DNA of 64,000 nucleotides from Octopus sinensis (taxonomy: Eukaryota): assembly GCF_006345805.1 (NCBI RefSeq), contig NC_042999.1:164238001-164302000 (forward strand), given 5' to 3'. This document shows, piece after piece, positions 38,936 through 52,830 of this stretch. Under the pieces are notes generated by a model that was not told where the DNA came from, did not search any database, and saw nothing but the letters and a program-made list of their open reading frames with translations. The position numbers and the translations under genes are program-made. The first letter of the stretch is position 1, and the number at the start of each line of letters is the position of its first letter.

Positions 38936-40574
38936 TGATGATAATATTAGGGAGTATAACTCCAAATTTATAGGGTCTATAATACATTTATCATGTTAAA
39001 AACCTAAGGTAAAAAAATTGAGTAAATAGATAGAAAAATGTATTTTATCTGTGAAGATATATTTTAACTTTGAGAATAACATTAACAAACTATAGCATAT
39101 CTTTTCACAAGCTATACTCTAATATTTTACATTACAAACTATTTTACAAATCAATCACACTTAATACTTTTAGATTGTAGTCCACATATAATAATTATAA
39201 AATAATAAAATTAAATAAATGTACATATCTAAATTATAATTAACAAATAAAGCAATTAGAAATCCATATTTTTTCAATCAATAAACATATAAATAAATAA
39301 ATTACTCCATTATTTCTTAAATAAATATACTTATCATTCCGAAAATATTTATGAAATAAAAAATAAAAAATTCAAAAACTAAAAATGTATTACTTATCGT
39401 TTATAAAATTATTTGCGAAAAAAGTACTTATTATTATTATTAAATTCAATAGTACTAAATATAAAAAACTTTACACAACCTATACTAAAAAATTTTACAT
39501 TACAATCTAATTCACAAAAGAACCAAACTAATACTTTTTGATTTAAGTTCACATATAATAATTATAATAAGAAGAATAATTAAATAAATGTACGTATCTA
39601 AATTATCATTAACAAATTTAAAAACTTAGAAATCCATATTTTTCAATCAATAATCATATAGATTACATTATTATTTCTTAGATAAATTGCATACTTATAT
39701 TTCCGAAGATATTTTATGAACTAAAAAATTTCAAAACAAAAAAACGTATTATGCAGCATTTATAAATTTACTCGAGAAGATGTGGCTTAAATAAACAGAA
39801 GAAACAGATAGAAATATGCATTTTATCAATGAAAACTACAAAATATATTTTTACTTCAACTAAAAGAGAATAAAATCACAAAAACTGTAAAATATCATTC
39901 ACTAGAAACTTCAAAATTCTAAAATTACTACGAAAACACATAAAACACAAATATACTGAAATTCACAACATACTTAAACTAATTCATATAACTACAATTT
40001 ACTCTATATTCTCTATTGCCCTTATACTAATTTACTTGTTTCAGTCATATAAATATGGTTATGCTGGAGTCTTGCCTTTATTCAAACAAATCAACCCCTG
40101 GACCCATTCTATATAAACACAGTAATTTAATCGGTCTCAATTTTCTAACCACTAATTTAATATACTTAAGTTAATCTAAAAAACTATAATGTAATTAATA
40201 TTTATTAATTTAATCATATTTATTAATTAAATAAACATCTAAAATAAATCTAATTCTAAATATTTAATACAAATCCGTGTTGATTTATATACAAAACACC
40301 ACCACAAAACATAAACTACAATATCACTTATACCAAATATATATTATATATCAAATAAATCCTCACTAATATATTAAACTTATTATATAAGTAAATTAAT
40401 TTATATTTAGATCTAATACTTCACTCATTAAGGGAATAAAGTACTTATTATTATTAAATAAAATAGTACATAAAAAAACTTTTTACAACGTATTCAAAGG
40501 TATTTTACGTTACAAACTATTTCCCAAAATAATAGTACTCAATACTTTAGATTTTAGTACACATATAATAAGTA

Positions 40575-40576
40575 TG

Positions 40577-40634
<58 letters not shown>

Positions 40635-40648
40635 TGATAATAATAATG

Positions 40649-40682
<34 letters not shown>

Positions 40683-40708
40683 TAATAATAATAATAAAAA
40701 TAATAAAA

Positions 40709-40750
<42 letters not shown>

Positions 40751-40825
40751 TAATAATAATAATATAATAATAATAATAATGATAATAATAATAATAATAA
40801 TAATAATATAATAATAATAATAATA

Positions 40826-40865
<40 letters not shown>

Positions 40866-40922
40866 TGATGATAATAATAATAATAATAATAATATAATAA
40901 TAATAATAATAATAATATAATA
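40575..40922. repeat. Long imperfect (AAT)n microsatellite
   Basis: Direct reading. A second tract lies at about 38878-38945. Confidence 0.95.
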
Positions 40923-43568
40923 AAATTACTATCTTTTAATCTATATTCATTAATCAAATTATATATTTATTAAATAAACATCAAAGTATAATCTAATTCT
41001 AAGTATGTAAAAAACCCTTGTTGACTTATATTCAAAACACCCCTACAAAGCTACAACAACAACACTATATTAATTAATTAACTTATTAATTTATTTATTT
41101 AATAATAAATATTTAATTCAGACTTATTTAATTATGTAATATACAATATATAATCACATGCTAATTTATTGAATTAATACTACTACAAATTATAACTACA
41201 AACAAATTAGTAACAAAAATAGGGTTTAAATATACTGGCTATTTATCTAAAAATTTATTATATAAGTAAAATAATTTATGTCTACATTTAATTTTACACT
41301 CATTCAATGAATTAACTAATTTATTATGATTATTAAATATTATTTCTTTAAATTCACTAGTACATAATAAACAAGAATTGCTCCCTATACTATATGATTT
41401 TGCCTTGCAAACTATCTCTCCTTTAAATTATACTTAATTTGTTTAATTGTACATGTAGAGATAAAAATAAATGAAATTTTATAATAAATGTAATTTAAGT
41501 GTGATTGATTTGACAGTAATACCTCACATAAAGTGAGGTATTACTGTATATACATACATATATACAATGAGCTTCTTTCAGTTTCCATCAACCAAATTTA
41601 CTCACAAGGCTTAGTAGAAAACATATGCCCAAGATGTTGCACAGCAGAACCAAACCCAAGACCACAGTTGGGAAGTAAGCTTCTTAGCTGCACAGCCACA
41701 TTTGTGCCTATAGTTTATGTTTATAATTAAACCTATTTTCCTGATGCTAACCAGTTTAAGGTGTTGTTCCCCCCCACCACTCATAACTAATACCAAAACC
41801 CCATTTGTGATTGTGAGAGAATTATTACTTGCTGATAATTATGCACTTCGTCTTCACAGTTTTTCAAGAACAAGCAAAGCTTGTTGGATACTTCTGATGG
41901 TGCAGTCATAAAATTAGGTCTGAAAATTAATGTCCAGAAAACTGAAGTCTTCTGTCAGCCAAATCTTGACTTGAGGTAAGTGATACAACCTGAGGCCATT
42001 GCTGTCAAAGTGTAGAAACTGAAGGAGAGAAGATACTTTACTTATATGGACATCATCATCATCATCATTTAATATCCGTTTTCCATGCTGTCATGGGTTA
42101 GACCATTTGACTGGAGATGGTAAGCCGGAGAGTTGCATCAGGCACCAGTTTGCCTTGGCCTAGTTTCTATGGCTGAACACCCTTCCTAACACCAACCACT
42201 CTGCAGAGTATTCTGAGTGCTTGTTTGTGTTTCACTGGCATGTGTGCCTTTATTGTGTCACTAGCACAGGTGCCTTTTATGTGTCACAACATGACATTAG
42301 TAATTGATGTATGGTCAATGATGAACTACATCACAGAGTGAATATGGCCAAATTCCCATTTTGAAAGTTGAAAGACCATCTACAAATCACCATGACAACA
42401 AAGACCATCTTCAAATCACCATGACAACAAAGACCATCTTCACCCAGATTACTAAGACATTTTCCAGTGATTGTTTGTAGTAGGGGTAGCTAAGAGGGAA
42501 TAGGTAAGGATAACATTTTGTCTGCCATTGTTTATTTTCAAGAAAGATAACTCAACAGTAATGGCAGTGGCAGTGACAGTGGTGGTGGTCATCAACATTT
42601 AATGTCTATTTTCCATGCTGGCATGGGTTGGACAGCTTCACAGGAACTGGTAAGGTCAAGGGGCTGCACCAGGTTCCATAGTCTGTTTTGGCTTGGCTTC
42701 TACAGCTCAATGTCCTTCCAAATGCTAACCACTTTACAGAGTGTACTGGGTGCTTTTTATGTGGTACTAGCACCCACACCAATACTTTTTTTGTGATACC
42801 TTAGTTTCAGGATATCAATACTCTTGTGGTGCATTGCTGTACTCAGGAAGACCCTCCCACCATGACAGTAGTAGTTAGGGAAGTTTTAGATGTCAAAGAA
42901 CATGAGCAGTAGGATTAACTACAAGTGAGTGACAGTTTTTGAATGAACTGAGTATTGGACTGGCTTCCACCCCTAGGGGAATAGCTGACTTGGTAACTGA
43001 TTGTTGGCTGAGTATCTCCCTGCTGATTCACTGAACAGTTGACTGATATATAGCTGCAGAGTGATTGGTTGTTGGATGGCTTGTTGTTGCTGAGTACCTT
43101 GGTTTTAAATAACTTATTGTGTTTTAGTGATTGGTTATAGAATGGTTTGTTACTGCCGAGTAATTTGATATTGGTTTCACATTTTGGCACATGGCCAGCA
43201 ATTTCAAGGGTGGGGATAAGTTGATTACATTGACTCTAGTGCTCAACTGGTACTTATTTTATTGACTCCTGAAAGGATGAAGGGCAAAGCTGACCTCAGT
43301 GGAATTTGAACTCAGAATGTAAAGATGGACAAAAATACTACTAAACATTTTGCCCAAATTGCTTACAGTTCTGTTTAATGTCAACTGGCTTTTTGCTGCT
43401 GAGTAACTTGGTAACAAATAGCTTGTTGTAGCTGGTTGTCTGATGGTTGTCAGTTCCAACTGGAACTGTCTGGGTACTGTAGTATTGTATATTGTGCACC
43501 AAGTAAATTGATCTGAGAGATTGATTTATTAGTCAGAGATATTGACTTTTAAATCATATTTTATTTCA

Positions 43569-43777
43569 TCCTTTAGCATTTAAACTATTCATATCTGGCC
43601 CAAATATTCTTCCTGTTTCATGCTGAAACCTGGCTTCTCACACATATCCTACAATGTCATTCTAAAAATAAACAATAACATCATTGAAATCTCAAAGATA
43701 AGATAATGTCTGATTAATTGAAAACAATCTGAACAAGTAAGCATTACATTCAACAGAGTAATCTGAATGTGAAAGTG
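43569..43777. mobile_element. piggyBac-type MITE
   Basis: tcctttagcatt...aatgtgaaagtg|TTAA. Inverted sister of 49126-49318. Confidence 0.65.
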
Positions 43778-45029
43778 TTAAACAAGGGATACATTGAACT
43801 TTTATCAAAAGATAGGACGAGTTACTTGTACGTTCGAGCATTGTGTACTTTTTGGCAGAAGCTAGTAAGTACTAAATGAATTTCAGTGAGTTCTGGTATG
43901 TCTGTGAGAAGCTTGGCATTATTAATAGGTGTGTTAAATGCATTCATTGTCTTTAAATAATTAAGTGTTAATAGATATCCTAAATTTAGATTAGACTGTG
44001 GTTGTGTTGCTATATATAAAAAACGTACATGACCATGTGTTTGTTGTGTATGTGTGCACTTATGTGCATAAGTGTGTGTAAGTACATCTGTGCTCGTGTA
44101 TATGCATATGTGTGCATGTGAGTACATTTGTGTATGTGTGTGCATGTGTGTATGTATGTGTGTGTGAAGAAAGAGGTTTGCTATATCACCTGATAAACAT
44201 GTCTTCCAAACTTAAGAGATTCAGTAGAAGCCATTTTCTTTTTACATAATCTTCAACTTTCTTAAGTTTTAGCTGGAACAAAATAGACAGATTGTTGGTG
44301 ATGATTTACTTCTGAAAGTGGTTTAGTGGTGGAGGTGTAGAAGCAATTAAATAAAAGAAAGAATATTTTCCCACAATCCCACATGGAGAAATGGCTCACC
44401 ACTAAAAGAGTCATTGGCATCAAGAAATCACATCTAGCAACCATTATTCTCTCTCTCTCTCTCCCTTTCTCTCACTCTCTCTCTCTCCCCACTCCATCCT
44501 TAACACCTCTTATTGGTTGGCTGTAACTCTCAATACCATCTACCATAGCCCCCCCCCCCACTTGAACCTCTCCTATATCTCTCATGGTCACTTACTACAG
44601 CCATCTCTACCCCATCTCCAGCTTATCTCTTCACACTCTTATAAGACTTACCCCTCTGCCCAATCCTCTATCCCACTTTACTTACATTCATCCCCTTACA
44701 GCAATGTGTCTCTTACTACACTTACTGTCCCCGCTGCACTTCAGCATTGTTCCAGCAGTCATAGGAGGTGGTGGTGGTGATGCTGTGCAAGTTTATATAT
44801 TGAGGTGAAAGGTCGGTGATTTTCATAGTCAAACACTTTTTAAACTTATTATAAATATTCATTGAGCAAGCCATTGATATGCATGTGAGGCATTTTATAT
44901 TGATTCTATTTTCCTACTGAATGATATAAATACTTCTGTTAAGCTGTCGTGCTCTGTCATGCAATGATGAATTTATGAATGAATTTTCTATTTATCTTCC
45001 AATTGTTTGTTGTTTGTTTTTGCTCTCAG

Positions 45030-46700
45030 ATGTCTTGCACTTGTGTGAATAAGGCAGGCAACTTCTGCTACATTTGTGCTGAGGTGACCTTTGCATCACA
45101 GAAGTGCCATATGAATGCTACGGTTAGAAAGGCATATCACCTATATTTTGGATGCAAGATTGGCGACCAGGATAAGAAGTGAGCTACTCACATATGCTGC
45201 AACACTCGTCCTACTAGCCTTCACCAATGGTTAAAAGAAAGAGGAAAAGAATGCCTTTTGCTGTGCTAATAACATGGCGGCACAAAAAGACCACACCAAC
45301 AATTGTTATTTCTGCATGGTATCTCCAGTAAAAAAAGGGCTAGTCAAAGAAGAAAAGGAGTCTAAAGGAGTCTAAAGGAGTCTATTTAATATCCAAACAT
45401 TCCATCAGCTATTTACCCAGTTCCATATGGAGAAGGTCTACCCGTTTCTGACGCATCAACTTTGAGTCAAATGAAGAAATGGCTGAGGAGGAATCAGAGT
45501 AAGATGACAGAGCATGATTACAGAGTGACACAAATTTTGAAACAGCCCCTCCTCTAGACCACATTTCATAACACAAGGTGAATGCCATGACCTTGTCAGG
45601 GATCTACAACTATCTAAGAATAAGGCAGAGCTGCTAGGCTCTCGTTTTCAACCGTGGAATCTCCTTGCAACTGATGTGAAGATTTCAAAATTTCATGACT
45701 CATCAGTAGTTCAGCAATTTCTTCATAATGGAATTCAATTGCCTGCAAGAGTATTAATGGTATAATGGAAGCATTTGGTATTGAACCCAAGAACTGAAGG
45801 CTATTCATAGATTCACCAAAACCCAATCTGAAAAGTAGCTTGCTGCATAATGGCAAATGTGAGCCATCAGTTTCTGTCTGCTATGCATCACATATGAAAG
45901 AAACTTGAGAATATAAAGCATGTGTTGAAATGCATAAAATATGATGAACATCAGTGGCGGCTCTGTGGTGACTTATAGGATGTTGCTCTTGTGATGGTCT
46001 TACAGAGCAGATACACCAAATACTGCTGCTTTCTATATGAATGGGACAGCTGTGCAAGAGAGACTGGCCACTTCGTCAGTTATTGGAGCCTGGGATTCAT
46101 TATCTACCTGGCCTTCAACATCCACCTCTCACTGGACCAAACAAAATTTTGCTATCACCACTACACATAAAACTAGGGCCAATGGAAAACTTTGTAAAAG
46201 CTATGGACAAATTTGGTCAGGGATTCAAGTAATTAACGTCAAACTTCCCCTAACTTAGCAACGCTAAGGTACAGGTGGGAATCTTCATTGGTCCTCAGAT
46301 TTGAGAGCTTTTTAAAGATGGAGACTTTGAATCAGTCATTCATGGGGAGGAGAAAGCTGCTTGGGAAGAATTCAAGTTAGTGATGAAGGAATTTCTCAGA
46401 AATAGAAGGGAGGGGAACTATGGAGAAGTGCTGGAAAAATTCATCAAGGTTTACAAGAAGTTGGAATGTAACATGTCACTTAAAATCTAATTTTTGAACT
46501 CATATTTAGACCTTCTTTCCAGCGAACAGGGAAGCAGTTAGTGACAAACATGGTTAAAGGTTTCACAAACATATTTCAACCATGGAAGAGTGGTACCAGG
46601 GCAAATAGAGCACAACAATGCTTGCAGACTATTGCTGGACATTGGTAAGAGATGATTCTCCAGCCCACTAAGTGCCAAGCAAAACAGCAGTGAGCAGATA
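45030..46700 (+). pseudogene. Chapaev3-like (CMC superfamily) transposase pseudogene
   Basis: MSCTCVNKAGNFCYICAE...AYHLYFGCKIGDQDK, NCYFC, PLHIKLGPMENFVKAMD, GIFIGPQI, CNMSLKI, MLADYCW. Many stops and frameshifts. Candidate right end ...ggtg|taa near 47585. Confidence 0.85.
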
Positions 46701-46861
46701 CAGACTAGGGCTTAAAACATAATGACACATATTGTATGTTATAATGAAATAATCAAATTTTACATGTCGTGTATCTTTAGGCCTATCGCTAATAAGCATT
46801 TTTCGAGGAGATATTTGGATTCAAGACATGAAAATACGTAAGAATTGATTAAAATAAGCAT

Positions 46862-47451
46862 AGGAGTGGCTGTGTGGTAAGTAGCTTGCTTACCAGCCAC
46901 ATGGTTCCGGGTTCAGTCCCACTGCATGAGACCTTAGGCAAGTGTCTTCTACTCTAACCTCGGGCTGACCAAAGCCTTGTGAGTGGATTTGGTAGACGGA
47001 AACTGAAAGAAGCCTATCGTTAAAAGAACATCCGAGCATGATCGTTGCCAGGGCTGTGGATTGGCTCCCGTGCTGGTGACATGTGAAAAGCACCATTCAA
47101 ACGTGATCATTGCCAGCTTCACCTTACCGGCACATGTGCCGGAGGCATGTGAAAAACAACATTCAAGCATAGTTGTTGCTAGTGCTGCTGGACTGACTCC
47201 TGTGCAGGTAGCACGTAAAAAACACCTTTTGAGTGTGGCTGTTGCCAGAACTGCCTGGGTGGCCCTCGTGCTCGTGGCACGTAAAAGCACCCACTACACT
47301 CTCGAAGTGGTTGGCGTTAGGAAGGGCATCCAGCAGTAAGAACTTTCCCAGATCATATTGAGCCTGGTGCAGCCTCCATGGCTTACCAGCCCTCAGTGAA
47401 ACCGTCCAACCCATGCCAGCGTGGAAAGCAGATGTTAAACGATGATGATGA
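46862..47451 (+). mobile_element. SINE 5' half joined to an RTE-type minisatellite and tail
   Basis: SINE head to gaaagaagcctatcgt (47020), then about four minisatellite units, RTE tail and (GAT)n. No SINE 3' half follows. Confidence 0.75.
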
Positions 47452-49125
47452 TATTCACACACACACACCACACACACACACACATGTATGTTTGTGTTGT
47501 GTGTGTGTGTGTGTGTACATACAGACAAAGAAAGGTGAATTAAAACATGAAAAAAATGAATATTGATTTTTCTCATGTTCTGGTGTAATAGATAGTCAAA
47601 AGCCTCATGATCTGTAACCACAGGTATCTCTCAGTGGGTAATCAAGTCTATCGATCATCTTTCCCTCCAAACCTGGTAACTATTCCTTATAGCCAGGTGG
47701 ACTGAATGGTAAATAGTAATTTGAAACTGAATCAAGTTGATCAAGTACAAAAATACTTTAACTTATGTCATTTCAAGTTATGCCTTTTTTTAACTTTACA
47801 TCGTTTTACTAAGAAATTAATGAAAAAAACAAAAAACAAACCCTCAACTTCAGTCAATTTATCTGACTTTATGTCGATTTCAGCAAACATATTTAAAGGT
47901 ATAAAAATTATAAAAACACCTAAAAACCAATACTGAGGTGAAAAAAATCAAGGAAGTTGTGGAACATGGAAACCCAAGTCAATCTCAAAATACTGAACTT
48001 TATGAAGGAGATGACAGAACCCAAAATATGTGGTGCATTGCTGTACTTGAGAAAACCTGGCCACCACTCAAGAAGACCTGTCCACGACAGGACTGAGATC
48101 CTAAAACCAGGGTGCCACATAAATATTGGTTTGGGTACTGGTGCCACATAAAATTCACTGGTGATGGCACCACAAGAAAAGCACTTTGTACTCACTGTAA
48201 AGTGGTTGGCATTAGGAAGGGCATCCAGCTGTAGAAACCAAGTCAAACCAGATTATGGAACTTGGTGCAGCCCTGGCCTTGCATATCCCTGTCAATCTGT
48301 CCAAGCCATGCTGGCATGGAAAACAGCCGTTAAGTGATGATGATGAGGATGGTGATGATGATGAGAATATGTACAAATCATTTATTAAAACAAATATGTG
48401 CTAATAAATTGTTTTAAATGCTTTTCATATTACATCATTTTCAAAGTTAATATGCAGGTCTTGGACCCAATCACTGACATAAGTTAAGATATGCCTGTAT
48501 TGCTCTTCCTAACAGAAAAGTTATGTAGAGTAAAAAGTTCCATTCAGAAAACATTTAATCTTTATATTTTTATACTCACATATTTCTTTTTTCAAAATGT
48601 AAGTGATGAAAATAAATACATATTTATGACAAAATAAAAATGAAGTACACATCCATGTGATAACTGTGTGCTTGTAGCTGTGGTACCGTGGTGACAAATA
48701 CTATTAAAAAAAAAGAGACACAAAGTGAGTACAAATAACTGTTTGTTTCAGAGGTATAATGGCTATGAGATTAATGTTCTGGATTACTTATCACAAGGTC
48801 ATGAGTTCAAATGTTAATGACTGATGCTGCTTTGTTTCCATCTGCAAAGTATATTTAACTCTGCTTCAGATTATCTGACTGAACAAAAAGAAGATATTGA
48901 GTGATTAGTGTCAAGAAGTGCATCGGTCACGCATTAGACGCAAAAGAACACTATTATTTCACAGACTAATAAAAATGTTTCTTATTAGTGTATTGGAGAA
49001 AATGCTTTGTGCTATTTAGTTATGTCAGTTTACATTCAAAATCGCATTAAAGTCAACTTTTCTTAAGTACTAGGTTTTTTTTTTAAATTTTACCCTTCTC
49101 CCAAAATGTTGGATATCATTATTAA

Positions 49126-49318
49126 TCCTTTAGCATTCAGATTTCGCTGTCAAATGTCACATTGATTTGAATTAGTCATGCATTACCTTAGAGCTTTGAA
49201 ATTTCAATGACGTGATTATTTAATTTTAGAATAATATATTAGAGTATATCTGGCCTGTTCGAAGGTAAAAACAAGTAGAATGCTTTGGCTGGATATGGTT
49301 GGGTTAAATGCTAAAGCG
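49126..49318. mobile_element. piggyBac-type MITE with TTAA TSD
   Basis: TTAA|tcctttagcatt ... aatgctaaagcg|TTAA. Confidence 0.8.
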
Positions 49319-49324
49319 TTAATA

Positions 49325-50623
49325 CCATGAAATGGGGTTACTTAGAACAGTTTTGGACTTCTTATTGCAATAATTTCATAACCTTATATTCAATCTTAAC
49401 CAAATTTGACTATGTTTGGGGAACTAAATAGGTAAACTGATATATGAAATAAAAATAAGTTGCAGTCAATATTTGATTACGTTTTTTATATAACTGTCAC
49501 TGTTCAAAATAACCCCTGATTTGGGGTTACTTTGAACAGTAATGTTACTCTTATGTGGTACAACAGTGAACAAAGGTTTTTTTATTGACAAATACAAAAG
49601 AAAAGTCAATGAACAACTTTAAGTGTTACAGCACTAAAGAAAATGTCACACAGTTATCAAAATGTCACACTTGATTTTTACCCATTCTTGTTCAAGGTCA
49701 GGGAATCGATAGAAACCCCTGTTGTTCAGTAGAATCTCTTTTGTTTTCATTTCTACCACATCTTCCCAGTCTTAGTTAAGTTTATCCCCCTTCAGTGACC
49801 ACCTCCACCCTATCTTTTTACATTTTGTCAATGATGACACAAGCGCTCCATTACTTCCAGTTGAGATCACTTGACCGGGAAATGTTCACCCTTCCTACCT
49901 CTCAATGACAAAGTTTCCAACAAAACTACTTTTGTCTCTCTGTGTTTTCTGCTCTTGCCATGTCTGAAGTCCTGGGGTGCCTGCTATATTCATTCATAGA
50001 AACATCCCTATCCACGGAGTTTAGCTCTCTATCATGCAAATTCTCTTGCTGCTCTCTTTCTCCATGCTTCTCTATAACTGTTGATGAACTGGTGGTCATC
50101 GTTTCACTACCAGAAGCACTGATGTCCACAGCACTTATACTTTTGCCAAGGGTAATGGTCAACTTCTTTTATCTCTTCTTTGGTCTGCTCTCATCCAGTC
50201 TTCTCATTGACTTTAGCATTCCCAACACAACATCTGAAACTCTTACACTGATGACTTCATCGTCTTCTTTGCTCACTTCATGGTCTGGGAGCTGATCCAA
50301 AACCTTGTCTGGATGAAAAGGGTGAATTCCACATTTCATGAACCCGCTTTCCAGATTCTTGCTGTGAGTGACCCCATCAGGAAAGGGAACAGCATGCAGC
50401 TGTGTGAGCAGAGCAGGAAAGCATCTTTAGTTAAGGTCTTTGTGTTCTTCCTGCCATAAACCTTCCAATCATTTAAGACTTTTCTCCAACTTTTTTAAGA
50501 AGCCCATAGAATGCCACATCAAGTGGTTGAAGCATATGTGTGGAATTGGGTAGTAGCAGCTTGCTTACTGCCGAAAACAGTGATCAGGGTTATTTTGAAT
50601 GGCGTTCAAAGTAACCCTGCTGG
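49325..50623 (-). mobile_element. Internally deleted pogo-like (DDE_1) transposon
   Basis: TIR cores ggggttacttagaac / gttcaaagtaaccc with subterminal copies at 49500-49540. Minus strand LLLPNSTHMLQPLDVAFYG and SGFMKCGIHPF. Confidence 0.8.
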
Positions 50624-51060
50624 ATAATCAAAGGGGTACATCAAGGTACATGTCATGTTATACAAGTTTTTACAAAGATACCATTTTTCAGAGTTTGTGC
50701 CAGAAAACTGGATGTAAATATTTTTTTTAACTTTCAAAGATGTGAATCTAATATAAAAAGCAATATTAAAAAATTTTTTCGTGACCAATGGATATAAGAG
50801 AGACAATCAATTTCTGAAAGATACTTCGCAAAGAGTTACCAGTAAGTAAAATTATTTTTTACTTTAAGCTTGAAACGCGTACATAGTTAACCAGCCTTGT
50901 TGATTCATTATTTTTCTTTTGCTTGCCTACAATAAAAATGTGTTATTCTCGGAGATTTTAAGGTGGTAAAAAGGACTTTAGCATCTATTTATTGTGGTGC
51001 ATGGTGAGGCATAAAGCGGATCCCTTGTTATAACTATGTATATAATTATTAAATATGATA

Positions 51061-51096
<36 letters not shown>

Positions 51097-51551
51097 ATGT
51101 ATATAAGTATATATATATATATTGTTGTGTGGTAAGTAGCTTGCTTACACATTATATGGTTGTATGCAAACACACCAGCATCGGTTGTCAAGCGATGTTG
51201 GGGGGACAAACACAGACACACAAACATATATACATACATATCTATACACTGAAATGGTAAAGTAAATAGACGTCAATGTGTTGTTTTGGACATTCATTCC
51301 TACCTTCCCTGGCATGTGTCCTTTTGTGTCTGAGATGTGGTTCCCTGTATATCAGTTCAGGTTAGACATTGAGAAGAGGGTGGGTGGCTCTGCTCAAATT
51401 TATTCCACTTACAACTCCACTTGAAGCTAATTCCTTTACAGCTTGTTTGCTAACAACATTCCTTTATATATATATTATTACTGAGTGCTCATATATCATT
51501 CCCTATGGCAGTACCCATCATCATCTTCATCGTCATATGCACATATATATT

Positions 51552-51688
<137 letters not shown>

Positions 51689-52275
51689 GCGCATGTGTGT
51701 GTATGTGTGTGCATGTGTGTGTGCATGTGCATACATCTCTGATTGGGCTGCTATTAGGGAAATGACTATGTTCAATATGCAGAAAAGTGTTAGATTTTTT
51801 TAATCTTTTCCTAGTCCTAGAAAAGACTAGGAATTTCATGTGGTCTACTAAGTATAACCTATGCTTCTTGTGAATCCACAAGATGCCCAGAAGGCATAGC
51901 AAGATAACTGGCAGGCTGACAGGGAAGGGAGATTTCATATGTGGCAAATGCACAGGAACATTCAGCATTAAAAGTACACATGAAATAGATTCTTTTATAT
52001 ACCCAACTGACCTACTTAGCGACTGCCGGTAGCTATCCCCAAAACATAGTGGTTAGGGTAAGAATTGGTAAGAGAAAATTCCAGGAGTGAATGCCTTTGC
52101 TAGTATCAAAATATTCCTCTCTCAGGGTAAAAAGTATGATGCTCAAATACAAAGAATAAGACTGAATGGCAGCAAGATTGGCTTTGTACGAGAGATTCTG
52201 GAGAAGCTATTTTTAAAACAATATATGTGTGTGCATGTATGCTTTGTAGGCACTGGTGTATATACATATATACAT

Positions 52276-52830
52276 CGATGGAGTAGTTTCTCCATGGCGC
52301 AAGCCTGGGCGGTAGAAACGAAGAAACTGGGCTGCCCAGACACCAGAATCTCCCTCTCGGCCCCCCAGACATAATCCAAAGGAATGCAGTGCAGTACGTT
52401 TGGAGTCTGGTTGGCTGCAGGAGTTGCCGGAAAGGGGTCGAGATTCGACACCCTACCGCCTTCGGGGCTCCAGTCCGGATTTTCTGTCTGGGTTTACTCC
52501 CATAGCCTTTCTCTCTCCCAAGAGCATCCGCAAGGCAGCGGAGCGAGGGTTTGGAGTCAGAGTTTTCCTTCTCCTAGACTGGCTGCCAACCAAGGCTAAT
52601 GAGCCCAGTCTGCCCACCTGGTTATACCGCCAAGCACCCGGTCGCGCCACACAGCAGGCTCAGTGAGAACAGGGGGTACCGCGTGAAGGTGCTGCTGTGG
52701 ACACAGTAGTGCAGGAGAGGCCATTAGCAAGAACTTTCCACAAGGCGCAGCCAAGTAGAAGTTCTGCAGCGATCATTACACCTGGAGAGGAGAGGCTATG
52801 AGAGACGCAATCACTTTCCTTTGCCTCCCT
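52276..52830 (-). mobile_element. Short GC-rich non-coding retroelement resembling an RTE 5' UTR
   Basis: Flanked by the ATATATACAT direct repeat (52266-52275 and 52831-52840). Contains gggcagactgggctc..tagccttgg..ggcagccagtctaggagaaggaaaactc, which I recall from RTE 5' regions. Lies within an older RTE (about 51740-53420). Confidence 0.65.
52651..52829 (-). ncRNA. HDV-like (CPEB3-type) self-cleaving ribozyme fold
   Basis: P1 GGGAGGC / ACCCCCT (5 of 7 pairs, G1-U wobble). J1/2 about 124 nt. P2 ACAGCAGC / GC(C)TGCTGT. P3-L3 ACC TTCACGC GGT. GT after P1. J4/2 CTGA. Confidence 0.65.

Noticed and set aside
50860-50890. Complete hammerhead at GAAACGCGTA
   Set aside because: Only the 3' half is present, with no CUGAnGA upstream. 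Probably a 5'-truncated PLE end.
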